A stretch of DNA of 64,000 nt from Squalus acanthias. Taxonomy: Eukaryota. The stretch covers positions 2,356,001-2,420,000 of the forward strand of contig CM059433.1 in NCBI GenBank assembly GCA_030390025.1. The letters run 5' to 3'. The notes beneath the pieces were generated by a model. It worked only from the letters and a program-made list of their open reading frames with translations, was not told the DNA's origin and did no database searches. Of this stretch, positions 60,882 through 64,000 are shown one piece after another. Position numbers and translations under genes: made by a program. Numbering within the stretch: position 1 is the first letter of the stretch; each line of letters begins with the position of its first letter.

Positions 60882-63800
60882 GTTTAGGTGGGAGGGGCTA
60901 GGAGTGAGCAGGTGCTGCTGGTTGCCTGATTACTGCAGGGAGTTGGAGTGAGCTTGTAAAAAGTTGGTGGTGTTTTTTTTTCAGGTTTTAGGGTCTTTTT
61001 GGCCCATAAACTGCAGTCAGATGGCTGCTGAGGGGCCTGGAGTGCTGGGCCACTCAGAGGACAGTGTTCCCAAGATGAATTTAATCAGGGGAGAAACTGT
61101 TGTTGGAAGGGAGAGAAAAAGGCCCAAAGATTTGGGCCGGGACCCTAGGAGGTTTGGAACCATGGTGGTGGTTCAGTGTGAGGATAAGGAGATACGAGTT
61201 TGGGATATTATCCAGGCGGTACATGAGGACTGCGGCGAGGGAAGCTGCTTTGCCTGCTGACCAAAGCCGAATGTTGGATTCGAGGTGACGGTCAGTGGCC
61301 GAGAGGAGGTGGAAAGACTTTTACTCAGTTTGAAGGTTGGTGATAAGTTCTTGGAGGTATCTCTGCTATATTCGGAAGAGGTGGTGGTCTCATTCTTAAG
61401 CTTGCTGGTTTATATTGAGGACGAGGTGCTAATCAAAAAGTTGGAGTCGTGGGACATTAAAATTTGCTCGCCAATAAAGAGAGATACTATCCAGGAACAC
61501 GGGTAGCAGATGGAACCCGTTACGTAAAGGTGCGGTTCCCAGAGGGGGTGAAGTCATTACCATACAGCATGAAATTCGAGACAATGGAAGGAGTGCAGTA
61601 CTTCCGAGTACTGCATGATAACCAAGTGAAGGTTTGTTATTATTGTCTTGGACACGACCATCTTTTAAGAAACTGTCCGGACTTGTATTGTTATAATTGC
61701 GGCGAGTCTGGACACATTGCTCAGAGCTGCAAGGCGGAGAGCTGTGGGGTGTGTCACAAAGGCCCCACCCGCTGTGAGTGTGAGGCAGAAGGAAGCTCTA
61801 TGAGTGATGAGGAGATGGGAGAAGGAGCAGGAGGTGTGAGTGGATTGGCCGGCGGAGCGGAGCAGGCGGAGGACACTGCTGGTGAATTGAAGGAGAAAAG
61901 AGCGCAAGAAGAGGCAGAAAATTGCGGAGCAGAGAACAGGATGGAGATGGTGGAAAACACACCAAGTACAGTGGAAAAGAACAAAGACAGCAGAGAGCAG
62001 CACGGGTTGAGGGCAGAGTCGAGCCATAATACCGTTCAGCTCTCCCTAAAGAATCTGGTGTCCGCGGGGGGAGAGGAGGCGGGAGCGGGGTGCGTGGTAA
62101 ATGTAAGTACTCCAAAGAAAGATGGGGAGTCGGACATCTCGGTGAACAGGAGGGGCCAAGACAAGGAGAGGGTGCAAGAGGCAGGAGCCTTAAAGGGGCA
62201 GCAGGTCAGGAGCAGCGAGACAAAAACGCCAGAAGGGAGCAATATAGGTGCATCATTGTCCCAGAGGGAGGGAGGCTTATGTATTAAAGATAGATCAAGA
62301 GAAAGCCTTTGATAGGGTCTCTCATGAGTTTTTACTGAAGGTTTTGGAAGCATTTGGTTTCGGGGAAAATTTCATTGAGTGGATAAGGATTTTTTATTCA
62401 AACATATTTAGCTGCGTTAAATGTAATAGTTTTTTATCCAAATATTTTCCGATACAGAGGTCAGTGAGACAGGGTTGTCCCCTGTCCCAATTGTTGTACA
62501 CATTGGTAGCAGAACCATTAGGTTACATGATGCGAAAGAAACAAGGTGTAGTTGGGATTGTGGTTCCCAGTTCCAGGCTGGTGTCGGTGATGCACAATAT
62601 GCAGATGACACAACCTTAACATTGAGAAATGGGGAGTCAGTGAGGAAAGCTATGGACGTAGTGGAGGAGTATTGTAGAGCTTCAGGAGCCAGAGTGAATT
62701 ATAGTAAGTCCCAATGCCTGGTTGCAGGAAGGGGTAGGGGGAATGGTTGGAGGAAAGTCCCTTTAAGGTGGTGGAGGTTTTGGAAGTTCTGGGGATGCAC
62801 ATGAGGTGCAAGAAAGACAGGGATGAAGTGGATCGATTAAATTGGGAACCAAAGGTTCTGAAAATTAAAAAGATTTTGGGAAGATGGGAAAGAAGGTGGT
62901 TGAAAGTACAAGGAAGAGCGACAGTGGTGTCCGCTCTCCTGCTATCTAAGCTATGGTACTTATTGACGGTGGAGGATATTCCTGAGTGGGCAGAAAAGTC
63001 CATCAGAGAGGCTTGTGTGAGGTTTTTATGGGAAGGGAAACCAGCCTTGGTTGCTTACAATACCATCATTGAACGGAGAAATCAGGGAGGACTCAATTTC
63101 CCAGATATTGATTTGAAGAAAAAATCCTTTAGAATCAAGTGGGTGAAGAGATTTCTTCAGAAGTCAAATACAAGTTTATGGAAGAGTTGTTTTGAGCATT
63201 TTTTAAAATGAAGTGAGATAGGAGGGCAGGGGATATTGTATATGGAATACAATAATATATTTTTGAAATCGATTAAACCTCTCCCTAGGTTTTATAAGGG
63301 GATTGTAGAGACTTGGGTCCAGTTTTTAAAAAGTGTGCAGTTTATGTCCAAGGGTGCTGAGGAATTTTTAGAACAGCCCTTATTTTTGAACAGATGGGTC
63401 TACATCGAAGGAGAGGTATTATTTAATCAAGCTTTTATAAAAGCTGGTATTATATGTGTGAAAGATGTATTATACGAGCTAATTCCAGGTTGGTTGCCGG
63501 AAGCGATAGTGAGGGACATGGTGTGGGAGGAGGATCAGGAGGTAGAGGAAAAAGCAATTATGATCATGTATGAGAAGATTGTGAGGGCAATGCCACAGGA
63601 TTGGATGGAAGAAATAAATGCGGAAATCTCCAAAGGAAGTAAAATGCGTCCCGCTTTTCCAAGCTTTCTGCTGGAGAAAGGGGGAGAGTTGGTCCAATTT
63701 GACAACTGTAATACTCGAGATTTCTATGAGGTATTTAGAGAATGGAGATTCAAGACGCCTGCTGGTCAGGAGTTTTGGCAGTGTATATACCCACAGCTGG

Positions 63801-64000
63801 ACTTCAACAGGATTTGGAAGGTAATGTGGGTGAATTTTAAATGTCCAGAATGGATTGAACTGGATTTCAAATTGGCTCATAACCAGATTTTTACCATGAC
63901 GGTCTTGTGTAAGATTGGGCGAGTGGAGGGGGCAGCTTGCCCAGTGTGTGGGACACGGGATGAGACTCTGTCCCATTTACTGGTGTTACGTCCACAGTTA
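60882..64000 (+). mobile_element. Tx1/L1-clade non-LTR retrotransposon: CCHC gag-like ORF1, RT and C-terminal zinc finger; endonuclease missing; runs off the window
   Basis: ORF1 from ATG 61021 (frameshifted) with CYYCLGHDHLLRNC and CYNCGESGHIAQSC; IDQEKAFDRVSH, SVRQGCPLS, QYADD, GGLNFPD; CPVCGTRDETLSH near 63940. Confidence 0.9.

Overview
Eukaryotic genomic DNA, most likely from a shark or other cartilaginous fish (inferred from its V-SINE, Deu-type SINE and CR1 repertoire). It is dominated by nested transposable elements: CR1-group LINEs, three SINE families, Penelope-like fragments carrying minimal hammerhead ribozymes, a solo LTR, a Tx1/L1-clade element and many PIF/Harbinger DNA transposons and MITEs. 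Highlights: (1) an apparently complete two-gene Harbinger transposon at 44660-48802, with an intact DDE transposase, a spliced Myb/SANT gene and a deletion-derived MITE nearby; (2) a palindromic Penelope-derived insert with a hammerhead ribozyme on each strand at 30842-31061; (3) a host-like PA-domain exon at about 27206-27596, frameshifted by a 38-bp SINE-tail insertion. No intact host gene, tRNA/rRNA gene or CRISPR array could be supported. Boundaries of degenerate elements are approximate. Family names come from motif recognition, not database searches.
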